Notes under the pieces: generated by a model
Told to the model about the DNA's origin: nothing
Seen by the model: only the letters and a program-made list of their open reading frames with translations
Database searches by the model: none
Part shown: positions 13,524 through 25,675 of the stretch, in pieces
How the letters are laid out: the number at the start of each line of letters is the position of its first letter
Numbering within the stretch: the first letter of the stretch is position 1
Assembly (NCBI RefSeq): GCF_001194135.2
Contig: NC_069000.1
Coordinates: 47,754,139-47,818,138, forward strand
From: Octopus bimaculoides
Lineage: Eukaryota
Direction of reading: 5' to 3'
Length of the DNA stretch: 64,000 nucleotides
Translations under genes and position numbers: made by a program

Positions 13524-13530
<7 letters not shown>
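13200..13530 (-). mobile_element. R4/Dong-like LINE 3' fragment
   Basis: DKENRKYQIIDFRVPNDEKINMRGIEKIAKYQDLAIEL...IPVIISALG...LQKTVLLGT; 3' side is a (TTA)n array at about 13080-13170. Confidence 0.8.
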
Positions 13531-13571
<41 letters not shown>

Positions 13572-15173
13572 TTATCAGTACTACCATGTCACCAAAGATT
13601 TAATCTTTGGACTTGCTTGCATCATCTCCACTGTAGAGTACGATGAAGAGGGGTGGGGATGATTGATAGCAAATAAGAATGATGGATGGAACAGATGTCA
13701 AATGGGAGAGTGGGGGAGAGAGAGTGGTGACTGGCAATAGAGAAATGGTTTGTAGCAACAAGTCCTAATTTCATTATTTATAGCTTCAGAATAATACAGT
13801 AGATAGGAGAGTGATGGAGGGATTAACTGACAGGTAGATGAAGGTTGGGGTTAAAGGTTGCAAAAGATTTTGAAGAGGAGTGAGTGATGGATAAAATAGA
13901 TGTGGTGGGCATGGTAATTATACTTGTTTATTCTTTTCAGACATTCCTTTAAATGCTGTTGTGGCTTGAATAGAAACACACACACACACACACACACACA
14001 NNNNNNNNNNNNNNNNNNNNNNNNNNNNNNNNNNNNNNNNNNNNNNNNNNNNNNNNNNNNNNNNNNNNNNNNNNNNNNNNNNNNNNNNNNNNNNNNNNNN
14101 NNNNNNNNNNNNNNNNNNNNNNNNNNNNNNNNNNNNNNNNNNNNNNNNNNNNNNNNNNNNNNNNNNNNNNNNNNNNNNNNNNNNNNNNNNNNNNNNNNNN
14201 NNNNNNNNNNNNNNNNNNNNNNNNNNNNNNNNNNNNNNNNNNNNNNNNNNNNNNNNNNNNNNNNNNNNNNNNNNNNNNNNNNNNNNNNNNNNNNNNNNNN
14301 NNNNNNNNNNNNNNNNNNNNNNNNNNNNNNNNNNNNNNNNNNNNNNNNNNNNNNNNNNNNNNNNNNNNNNNNNNNNNNNNNNNNNNNNNNNNNNNNNNNN
14401 NNNNNNNNNNNNNNNNNNNNNNNNNNNNNNNNNNNNNNNNNNNNNNNNNNNNNNNNNNNNNNNNNNNNNNNNNNNNNNNNNNNNNNNNNNNNNNNNNNNN
14501 NNNNNNNNNNNNNNNNNNNNNNNNNNNNNNNNNNNNNNNNNNNNNNNNNNNNNNNNNNNNNNNNNNNNNNNNNNNNNNNNNNNNNNNNNNNNNNNNNNNN
14601 NNNNNNNNNNNNNNNNNNNNNNNNNNNNNNNNNNNNNNNNNNNNNNNNNNNNNNNNNNNNNNNNNNNNNNNNNNNNNNNNNNNNNNNNCTATAAGGTCTA
14701 TATTAACAGATTAATTAGCAAATTTGATGGCTTTATCAAGTAGGAGTCGAAATCATATTATGTTTAAATGTGATAGTCACACTCTTGATAAATTTAGGAA
14801 ACAACCTATTTCTACCTTTAGTCAATGAGACCTTAAAATCACATTGGCTACTAATCTTACTTATTAAAACTGAAAATGTCTGTGTGTGTGTGTGTGTGTG
14901 CGTGTATCGGTATGTCCTCATTTTGCGCCAAAACGGCTCAACTGATTTTTCTTAAACTTCACACGCACATTGCTTATGTGTCTGGGGAGGTTTTAAGTAT
15001 AAATTGATTTCAAAAAAATGTTGAGGTAAAAATATATGACACCCTAGGCATAACACCAACTTGAACATCTGACTTGTCTCTTGAGGTCTCTGAGTGAAAC
15101 TTGGAGCCAAATTGTACAAATACAAAGCAAAAGTCAAACATAAATAATAATAGTAATAATAATAATAATAATA

Positions 15174-16977
15174 GATACCACACTCCTGGATAATAAGAAC
15201 ACTGGAAATGCATGAAGTAGCAGAGAATATGAGAAGCCTTATATGGAATAGCATGAAATACTGGAGAACAGAATTGACAGCAGGGAAGCAAGTATTAGGA
15301 GAGATGAAAATCAAGAGAGGAATCTTCCAGGGAGACAGTGTGTCCCCACTGATATTTGTACTCGGAATGATCCCCTTGAGTGAAATACTACAAAAAACAA
15401 AATTGGGGTATATGATCTGGGAAGAGGTAAGGGAAAACTAAACCATTTGCTATTCATGGATGACCTGAAGCTATTCACAAAAACTGAGACAGGCTAGTCC
15501 AGTATGTAGTCCAGTATTTTCTCCAAAGATATTAAGATGGAGTTTGGACTCTCAAAATGTGCTACGATGGTAATGAGATGCAGAAAGCTTGCCAGGACAG
15601 AAGGCATATGGTTGCCAAGTGGTGAAATAATGAAGGCAATTCAACCTCAATCCAGCTATAAATACCTGGGAATACTTGAGGCAGATGGAATCAAACACCA
15701 TGACATGAAAGAAAACACAAAAAGAGAGTACCTGTGGTGAGTGAGAAAAATATTGGCTTCAAAGCTGAATGCCAGAAACATAATTTCGGCAATAAACTCG
15801 TGCACAGTCGCAGTAGCTTGGTATGGCACTAGAATCCTGAAGTGGATAGAGGAGGAGGAGCTAAAGGAGATGGACAGGATGTCAAGAAAGCTCTTAACGA
15901 TGCATGGAACCCATCATCCACATGCAGATTCTGATCGCCTATACATGAAAAGAGCAAATGGAAGAAAAGGGCTGATAAGTGTGGAAGACTGCATGCATAT
16001 CAAACTCATGAGTTTTATGAAATACCTAGCCCAAAGTAAGGAAACTTTGCTAGTGACAGGAACGAGGGAGTATTGAGAGTAGAGAAAAAAGGGAGAACAA
16101 AGTACAAAAAGGACATGAAGAAGAATTATGCAAGAAGGGACTACACAATCAACTCCATAAAGCTACAACAGAAGTTGCTGGTAAAATAGGTGGGATTGGC
16201 TGATGAAAGGAATCCTAAAAAAGGGACCGAGAGCACTATACTGGCAGTGCAAGACCAAGCTTTGGCCACAAACTGGAGGGTCAACCTCAGGAATGAGCAA
16301 GTGTCTGCGGTGTGGCATATCTGCAATAGAGGGGAAGAAACCATTGCCAATATCACGAACAAATGCCCTAGATTTGCCCAAAACCACTACAAGGTGTGGC
16401 GACACGACCAGGTAGTGAAAGTGCTCCGTTGGAAACTGTAAAAAGTGGGGGCTAGAGAGAGGCAAAATGTGGTATGAGCACAAACTGCAGAGGGTGGTTG
16501 AGTTGGAGACCAGCAAAATCCTCTGGGATTTCCTAATCCAAATAAATCAGGTGCTAGAGTATAACAGACTGGGCCTAGTGGTGGTGGACAAGGTGCACCA
16601 CATATGTTATATAGTTGATATTGCATGCCCCTTTGAACCACGAATATTCAAGAAGGAAGACGAAAAGATATATAGATACAATCCTCTTAAGTATGAACTA
16701 GCCTGGCTATGGAAAATGAAGAAGGTGAAGATAGTGCCAATTATTGTTGGATCCTTGGGAACAGTATCAGAAGGCATGAAGAGGAATATAAAGGAAATTG
16801 GAATCGAGTGCCCAGTAGAACTGTTACAAAAGGTTTGCCTCCTAGGCACGGCCAGAATAATCAGGAAAGTATTAAATAGTTGGAAAGAACGAATAGCATG
16901 GTACCATAAGCTGCAGGTAGTAAGCCTGCTACGCATGCAAGACTCCAGCAGTTCAAACAAAACCTGTGATAAAGAGA
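15174..16977 (+). mobile_element. R4/Dong-clade non-LTR retrotransposon, 5'-truncated pseudogenised copy (RT + RLE)
   Basis: RT motifs RGIFQGDSVSPLIF, HLLFMDDLKLF, MEFGLSKCA, YKYLG; then AVQDQAL, a degenerate CCHC region, RHDQV, KILWDF, IVDIACP, VPIIVGSLG, LQKVCLLGTARIIRKVL. Several stops and frameshifts; (TAA)n on both flanks. Confidence 0.92.
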
Positions 16978-16988
16978 TAATAATAATA

Positions 16989-17036
<48 letters not shown>

Positions 17037-17039
17037 TGC

Positions 17040-17760
17040 CAACACTATGGAATAACAACAGAAAAAAAGATGGACTATCAGGAGCATTCTAAGCACTTGA
17101 AAGACTACTGAAAACTTGTGGATACCTAAGGTTACAGGTAGTAACCCACTACCCCCATAAATCCTACCAGGAATAAGACTGAACCTGAGCCAAATGAAAA
17201 TGATGATAATTGAAAGGAAGATGGAAGAGGGTTAATGTCAGTAGAAGACTACATGGAGTTAGCTGGAGTAGACAATGACTCCTATTTTGGTAATAGTGAA
17301 AAAAGTTTATCAAGAGCTGTTAGAGCCACAGTAGGACTTAGGGAATATTAGCCAAGAGTGCGGCTTCAAAATTACTGAACATCATCATCATCATGAACAT
17401 GAACCAGAGGCTGTGACAGAGAATAAGAATTACAGGATCTTCAGGGAGTTCCCCATAAAGACTAGATATTATTATAGAGGAAAAAATAAATAGAAGGAGA
17501 TTATAAACTTTGAATAGATAATAAAGAAATTGGGTTAAAATTGAGAAGTACCAGGACCTAGCCAGTGAGATGACATGACAGTGGAAGACTAATATCTGTG
17601 GCACAACACCAAAACTGCTGCCTTAGAGACTGAAAGATATTGGAATTGAGACTTGTCAACCTGCAGAAAAAACATCATCCAATCTTAAGGAAGACTTTTG
17701 ACATCTGATGAGACTTGTCACCAAACCAGAAGATACAATGGAAGAGGTAAACCCAGGAAG
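17040..17760 (+). mobile_element. Further degenerate R4/Dong-like LINE pieces
   Basis: RKDGRGLMSVEDYMELA and KIEKYQDLASEM fragments plus a 3'-end-like piece directly after the (TAA)n array. Confidence 0.65.
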
Positions 17761-18769
17761 ACATGGGATGAGGTGGTGAATTATGATCTTTGGATGATAA
17801 GTATTGCAGAGGCAATGACAAGAGACTGAGCCTTTTGGCAATTTGCTGTGCCCGAGATGACACATGAAGCTAAGTAATTGAAGTTGTGACCAGTGTCATT
17901 GACACACAAAAGGCATCCAGTACATTCTGTGGAATGCTTGGTGTTAATCCAGCTGCAGAAACCAAGCTGGAGCAGACTGGAGCCTGGTGCAGCTCTCCAT
18001 CTTTACCAGCCCAGTCGATGTACAAAATTTAAACTCAAAAATAGAGGCAGAAGTCATGTTGGTCACACAATGTTAACAAACAACTCATATTTACATCAGA
18101 AATTAATCATCTGATTCACTAATTATTATGTTATTCTTCAATTGAACAACATGAACCCAATAACAAGGTCAAAATGTAATTACAAGTTATGCTTTCTGAT
18201 TGTAACCTGATACTCATCTCATTCAGCTGCGGAAACAGGAGGCTTATAAATACATTTGATGGATGCAAAAATAAGAAAAAGAATAAATAAAGGGGAGTAA
18301 AAAAAAAAAAAACATCCAGAGTGTACTAAGTTTATGCTCTGGCAAAATAGAAGGGAAAGCCTTTTACATTGTGACCAGTGTTGCATATCAACACCCAATA
18401 GTCTGGTCAATCATGTGACACACACACACACCTCCAATACCTTTACACTTTCACAGACACACATACAGATATATAACTGAAATTATTCAAGTAATGTCCC
18501 CTATCCAATAAGTCAGTAATGTTAACTCTACTGGAAGACATTGAGACAGCTAAATATCTTAATTAGTGTAGATTTTAAAAAATTACTTTTCACATCTTTC
18601 TTTATTCCATAACATTTCTATAATCAATGATTAATTGAGAACTAATTAAGAATTAATTCTATCTCTACATGCAGTTAGCATAGTGGGGAATTCACACACA
18701 TTTTTTAAATTTTTGTTAATAAATATATTATGAAGATATATTACATGGCTAATTCACAATGTGTGTGCA

Positions 18770-18831
<62 letters not shown>

Positions 18832-19322
18832 NNNNNNNNNNNNNNNNNNNNNNNNNNNNNNNNNNNNNNNNNNNNNNNNNNNNNNNNNNNNNNNNNNNNN
18901 NNNNNNNNNNNNNNNNNNNNNNNNNNNNNNNNNNNNNNNNNNNNNNNNNNNNNNNNNNNNNNNNNNNNNNNNNNNNNNNNNNNNNNNNNNNNNNNNNNNN
19001 NNNNNNNNNNNNNNNNNNNNNNNNNNNNNNNNNNNNNNNNNNNNNNNNNNNNNNNNNNNNNNNNNNNNNNNNNNNNNNNNNNNNNNNNNNNNNNNNNNNN
19101 NNNNNNNNNNNNNNNNNNNNNNNNNNNNNNNNNNNNNNNNNNNNNNNNNNNNNNNNNNNNNNNNNNNNNNNNNNNNNNNNNNNNNNNNNNNNNNNNNNNN
19201 NGAGAGAGAGAGAGAATGTGTGTGTGTGTGAGAGAGAGAAAGAGAATGTGTGTGAGAGAAAGAGAATGTGTGTGTGTGAGAGAGAAAGAGAATGTGTGTG
19301 TGTGTGTGTGAGAGAAAGAGAA

Positions 19323-19363
<41 letters not shown>

Positions 19364-20292
19364 TGTAAAGAAATGGCTTCAGTTGTGAAATTGAGTGCTT
19401 GTTTGTGTTGTGTGTGGAAGTTAATAGCAATAACTGGGAAGGGTGTTGTTGTTGGGTAATATTCTGACAGTGTCATGGAAAAAGGAGGGATTGATTAAAC
19501 AGAGAAACCAACAGAATTATAGACTTCATACATGACTTGTGTACACAATTAATAAATGATTTTCTTTTTCATGAATTAATATTCAAGACATTGAAGCTTT
19601 CCAAATATAATGATTGCACTTTTTAAACTTTTTTAAACAAATATTGGATATATGCCTACATACATATATGAGAGGAGAGAGATAGAAAAAAGAAACACAT
19701 ACATATACGTGTATGATATATATCTACATATTTCAAATGATTATATATATCTATATATACACACACACACACATATATATCTTAAATGATGATGATAATA
19801 TATATATATAGGTGTGTGTGTGTGTGTGTGTGTGTATGTATGCAGATATGTTCATTAAAAGCCATTGTATATCTATCTTCTTCTTTCACTTGTTTCAGTC
19901 ATCAGACTGTCTCCCTGCTGAGGCAATGCCTTAAACAATTTTAATCAAACGAACCAACCCCACAACTTTTTTTCTTTTTTTTTTCTGTTAAATCCTGGTA
20001 CTTATACCATCGTCATTGTCATCATTCCAGATGAACAAAATCAAGGCAGGAAATTCAAAAGAGGGATACAATGTCAAACTCCCTCCTTCACCAAAAGCCA
20101 ACCACATAGAATTGGTCAATTAAAAGGTGATTATACTGGTGGTGCCCCAGCATGACTACAGCCTTAGGGCTGAAACATACAAAAGAATAAAAGAAAAAGA
20201 TTATATATTATTTATTATTTATTTATTATATATGTATATATTATTTATTACACACACACACACACACACACCACACACACACACACACATAT

Positions 20293-20795
20293 AGCAAGGT
20301 CTAGCATTGAAAGGCCTTAGAGTCAATCTAGCAAAAACCTAATTCTTAGCAAGTAGGAAGGCAGACAAATCACAAACCCCTTCAAGTAGATGGCCCTGCT
20401 CGATCTGTAGAAAAGGCATAGGAAGAAACTCCATAAGATGTACCCAGTGTAAGCTATGGGCACATAAGAGGTGCAGCAATATCAAAGGGAGGCTAACTGG
20501 AAAGATAGTTTTTGTGTGTGGCAGATGCACAGGGGCAATAAACACTGAAAATGTGCAAAAAACAGCTTCTGTCACATGCCAGGGGGAATAACTAGAAGTT
20601 GATAGTTTCCATTACCTAGGTGACCAAAGGGGGTGGAGTGGATGCTCTGAGAGCATAGCTGCAAGAATAAGAATAGCCTGGGCAAAGTTCAGAGAGCTTT
20701 GTTACCTCTGTGGGTAACAGCCATGCTACACAGCAGTGAAACATGGGCTGTGACTACTGAAGGCATGTTTAGGCTTGAAAGAAATGAAGCCAGTC
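20293..20795 (+). mobile_element. RTE LINE fragment with PHD-like Cys/His insert
   Basis: GLRVNLAKT...WPCSICRKGIGRNSIRCTQCKLWAHKRCSNI...VCGRC...DSFHYLGDQ...ARIRIAWAKFREL; same family as 38312-39175. Confidence 0.9.
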
Positions 20796-20799
20796 TACT

Positions 20800-21515
20800 A
20801 GTGTACCAAGCCAGCAGAAAGATATAATCCCGAGGGAGAGGAGGATTCTAATGAGACGACAAGCAAAACTCTCAAATCGTCTAAATGGGCCACTAAATGA
20901 TAACAAACGATCCTACTTCAAACGAACACTGCTTGGGATCGAAAACGAACTCAAATGCTCTCATGAAAAGGGGAGGGTAGAAAAGGAGGCCAGGGCTGTC
21001 AAAAATATTAAGACAAACCCTAAAGTCTTCTATAAATATGCAAAAGAAACTGCTTCAGTATGGTACAGAATAGGGCCACTACTTGAAGAAAATGGTTCAC
21101 CAACTGCAGACCCCCAGAGGATCAGTGAATTACTGAATGTGCAATACAAGAGTGCTTTGGAAACTTGCAAGTAGTTATGCCTGTTGAGTTCTTTGGCTCC
21201 ACAAATCTACACAACAAAATGGCAATTATTGAAAGCATCAAAATAGAGGAAACTGATGTGATATCAGCCATTAATGAGATGAGCTCAAACCCAGCCACAG
21301 GCCCTGATGGATTCCCAGCAATCCTTCTAAAGAAATGCAAAGGAGCTCTAGCTAGACAACTTCAGATTCTCTTCTAGAGCTTCCTCACAACAGGGAAACT
21401 TCCCAAAAAGTTAATGGAAGGCATTATATGCCCTATCCATAAGGGAGGTAGCAGAGCAGATGCTAAGAATTATAGACCTGTCTCTCAAACTTCCCATGTC
21501 AGCAAAGTCATGTCT
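20800..21515 (+). mobile_element. CR1/L2-group LINE ORF2 fragment (linker + RT N-terminus)
   Basis: KNIKTNPKVFYKYAK...IGPL...; ATGPDGFPAILLKKC..LARQL...GIICPIHKGGSRADAKNYRPVS; broken by stops. Confidence 0.88.
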
Positions 21516-22213
21516 CTCCATTTATAAAGACCACAAATGGCAAAACTTATCATCTGAGTCACTTGCTCAAAAAGATATAATGTTATATTTATAGACAAAA
21601 CAACAATTTGAACGATTAGTTTCAGAGTAAAATCTCCCCTCTGTTTCTGTTTTCAAATTCTAGTCTTTCCTTGACATAAATTCTTTATCAAACGACTTCA
21701 TTTTAAAATCTTATTAAATGCCGCAAGGAAAAGTATCTCTGTGAACTTTAAAAGAGCAGCTTTAGTCTACATTTGTGGTAACTATTAATAGATATTAATC
21801 TAGCTGAAACTAACCTAATCAATGAAAAGTTATTTTATACAATGGCAACAATTGATTTCTGATTGATACATAGTCCAGGCAAATCAATGACATTGAAAAT
21901 ACATTACATTTGATTAAGAAAGGAAACAAATCAATGATTTGAAAGGTTACTTTCCAAACCCCTCTTTCAATATTTGATTAAATTAGCATCAAGTTTGGAT
22001 TACAAATACACTTAACTGTTTCAGAGACAAAGCAAATGAAATATTTCTAAACTGGATACATTTCGTGCAAAAGATAGATTGCTGTTGGTCATTTTACTAG
22101 AGTATGTTTATAGCAAACAGATCTCAGAGCAACTAAAATATACAATAAAGATACTGACATTTCTCAGACTAGCCTTGGGGACTGCTGTATCCTAATTTAT
22201 AGTAGTATGACAC

Positions 22214-22244
<31 letters not shown>

Positions 22245-23864
22245 GAGAGAGAGATGTTACCAACTGTTTATGCAATGGTGTGATAGGGAAAGAGATGTTG
22301 CTATTTATACAATGGTATAAACAGTATGTAACATCTCTTTCCTTGCTCCATTCTGTTTACTGACCGGTGAGATTGTCAGCAATTACAGAAGCACATAAGC
22401 CTTGCTTTATGCGTGCATGTTTATAAACCAACAACATGGATTAGCTTTTGGTTCCGACTCTACCGACGATTGCCAACACTGACCATCTTTGCTCATCAAA
22501 TATTCTAGTGATTATATTTAATTATCTCATCAACATAAAAGCCCTTAAGACAAAATTCATGTTGTAATATCTTTGATGGAACAAGACATCATTTGAGAAT
22601 GTTGTTGTGTACATATGTAGTTATTTGTCATTGTCTGCATTGTTCATATCCCTCTACCTTATACCATGCTGAAGTGATCATCAAAATGGCTGTATGAAAT
22701 ATAGAAGCACTAACCTTAATAAACTGGTCGATATAGATTAAAAGATCACAGAATTGCAATAAAGAAGGATCAGATAACCAATAGGAATTAAATGGTGTGC
22801 TACTTATAAAAGTGAACCTAATTAGCAAGATGTATTAGAACATAAAAACGTAAAACCACAAATGTTTAGAAAAATCTGAAATCGATCGTCCAAACAATTG
22901 TTGGTTAAGGACTTTGATAGTAGTAGCTCTGTTTTAACAAGCTGTGAAAGTGAAATATTAAAATCAATGTTGTTGTTTTCTTCAAAATAATCGTAAATAA
23001 ATACGCACACACACATCAATTTATCTTTCTATGGATCAAACTCTAATGGGTTTTGTTAAATCAGACCCTGGATTAAGAGCAACAGGGTGGTAGTGTTCAA
23101 AATTGCCTTCTTTACAATTAAGAAATAAATACAGTGAAAAGAATAGAAATGAAAAAAAAAACAAAACAATTTAATGATTTTAAATTTCAAAAGCATTTTC
23201 CTATACAGTACAATCTGTATAAATTTATAAAACAAAAACAACACCAATCGGTAAGTGACTCTTGTAAATATAATGCCTTTAGGTGTTGGGTTGGAGTTCA
23301 AAGACTGCATGGCTCAGGACCCTGAAGTGGGTCCAGGAGGGAATAACCTAAGTCTAAAGATGGTTGCTTCTGATAGTGTACCAGGGAGGAGGTGTCTGAG
23401 GACTATCTCCATTACCCTCTGGGATGGTCATGGATCTATATGGGTTGGTCTCTGTTTTCTATGTGTGTGTGTATTTCTAAACTTATATGCATGTATATAT
23501 ATGCATGTATATATATATATGCATGTATATATATGCATGTATATATATGTCTCTGTAGATGTGCTTCTATGTGTGTGTATGTTTTTTGCTTTACTCCAGT
23601 TCAATGTGCTGGAAAATACATGTCTTCAAAAAGGTAGGACCCATTGGATAATGTAGCCCTAAATATATTATGACTGAATAAAAGACAGGATGGTCATGGC
23701 TGGGATGTTTTTGATTATAAACAAAAATAACATTTCACATAATCAACTCTGTAACATAAATTCCATAGGAAATGACTTATTAGTTTGGCATAATTTCTTG
23801 CACTGAAGTATACCTACGAGAGAGAGAGAGAGAGAGACAGAGAGAGAGAGACAGAGAGAGAGAA

Positions 23865-23907
<43 letters not shown>

Positions 23908-24639
23908 GAGAGAGAGAGAAAGAGAGAAAGAGAGAGAGAGTGGGGATGGGGTGTGCCTCCATTGTCTCACCATAACATGTATGGCAGTACATGGAACCTA
24001 CTTCTTCTTTCTCCAGCAAATAGTTTGACATCTACCTGGCTGAATTGTACAAGGTGGCTCCAGTGACACAGTTGTTGGTTCTGCCAAAGTAATGAGCTGA
24101 GCAACTGAAGTGTGGTCTCTACACTTGCTCCCAACCATTGCAGGACTACTTCTGTATTTTAGACGAACTCTCAGTTTATCATTGTCTTCTGCTTCATTCC
24201 TCAACGAATGAACGCATCTCTTATGAAAGGTCACCGAGAATAGACAAAACAACAACCATAAACACTAGAAAGATTAAGATGTGATATCTGCAGAGAAGAT
24301 ATTTTCTCTGAAAATAGAACACAGGTATAAAATATCATTCTTACATCTGATAGGAATCAAACTATTTCATAAAGCAATGTTTGTGTTAAATGAAATCTCT
24401 TCATCCTCGAATCAAAAGAAACCAGAGGCAAACGGCATCATTAAAAAAAAGTTACTTTTCGGTAATTTGTTTTAAACCTTCTGGATATTTGTTATAGAAA
24501 TGAAAATTACAAATATTAATCACATTTTTATTGCTGAATTTTATATATTTGATGTTGTGGATATATCTAAATGTTGCTGTTGTTGGTAAGATTCCATCTC
24601 AAATTAATATAGCAACAACACTGTGACAATGACAAAATA

Positions 24640-24970
24640 GCAACACTAATACAGTAGCAATGGGGAAATAGCAACATCAACACTGTAGTCCAGAAGAAAT
24701 AGAAAAAGGTAACAGTGTAGCTATGAAGAAACAGCAACAGTGTAGCTCTGAAGAAGTAGCAACAGCAACGCTGTGGCTATGGAGGAATAGCAACAACAAT
24801 ACAGTAGTTCTGAAGAAGTAGCAACAGCAACAATGTTATAGTTCTGAAGAAATAGCAACAGCAACAATGTTATAGTTCGGAAGAAATAGCAACAATATTG
24901 TAGTTACGAAGAAATAACAGCAGCAACATTGTAATTCTGAAGAAATAACAAACTGCAATAATGTAGTTCT
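24640..24970. repeat. Diverged 27-34 bp minisatellite
   Basis: Repeated unit gaagaa(a/g)tagcaacagcaacaatgt(ta)tagttct, roughly 9-10 imperfect copies. Confidence 0.85.
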
Positions 24971-25298
24971 GTGTCACCCCCATCCACTAATCCACCCCTG
25001 CCAGTAAATATTCTAAAGTTATTTTTGTAATATATTCTAATTTATTACTATTGAGACAATAAATCTATAGTGCAGGAGGAATTGGTACCACCATGACAGA
25101 AGCACACCAGAATCAGTGTGAAGCTAAGGAAAGCTGAGGATTTTATTATTTTCCTTCCAAATCAATCAATAATCAAATGAACATTTTATATAAAAACCAT
25201 TTTACGGCAAAGTCAGAATTAGAGGAGAAACGCTATTCAGTTAATAGCTTGATATGGCTGGCTTTGAGTCTGTTAACAGCAATATGAATATAGAGCAG

Positions 25299-25331
<33 letters not shown>

Positions 25332-25345
25332 CGATGATGATAGTA

Positions 25346-25675
25346 ATGGTTTCAAATTTTGGCACAAGGTCAGAAGTTTTTGCAGGAAGGAGGTAGTTGG
25401 TTACATTAGCCTCAGTACTTAACTGGTATTTATTTTTAATGACCCCCAAAAAGAGGATAGGCAATGTCATTCAAATTTTGGGACAAGGCCAGCAATTCAG
25501 GGAGGGGTAAGTCGATGGCATCGACCCCACTACTCAACTGGTCCTTATTTTATCAACCCTGAAAGGATGAAAGGCAAAGTCAGCCTCAGCGGAATTTGAA
25601 CTCAGAACGTGAAGAGGGATGAAATGCTGCAAAGCATTTTGCCTGGCGTGCTAACAATTCTGTCAGCTCTCTGCC
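25346..25675 (-). mobile_element. tRNA-derived SINE (near full copy 25470-25675 plus partial tandem copy)
   Basis: Minus strand has A-box-like ctgacagaattgttagc and B-box-like gagttcaaattcc, then a conserved central segment gcctttcatcctttc.ggg.tgataaaat..gaccag (MetaSINE-like by recollection). Confidence 0.85.

Noticed and set aside
134-22817. Apparent resemblance of exon candidates A, B and D to segments of INTS10 as recalled
   Set aside because: Candidates A and B are in the wrong order relative to the protein, intron phases do not chain, and short by-eye matches are unreliable.
24640-24970. CRISPR-like repeat-spacer array
   Set aside because: There are no unique spacers, the context is eukaryotic, and no cas genes are present.
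25470-25675. tRNA genes at Pol III A/B-box motifs
   Set aside because: No cloverleaf is seen; these are SINE heads.
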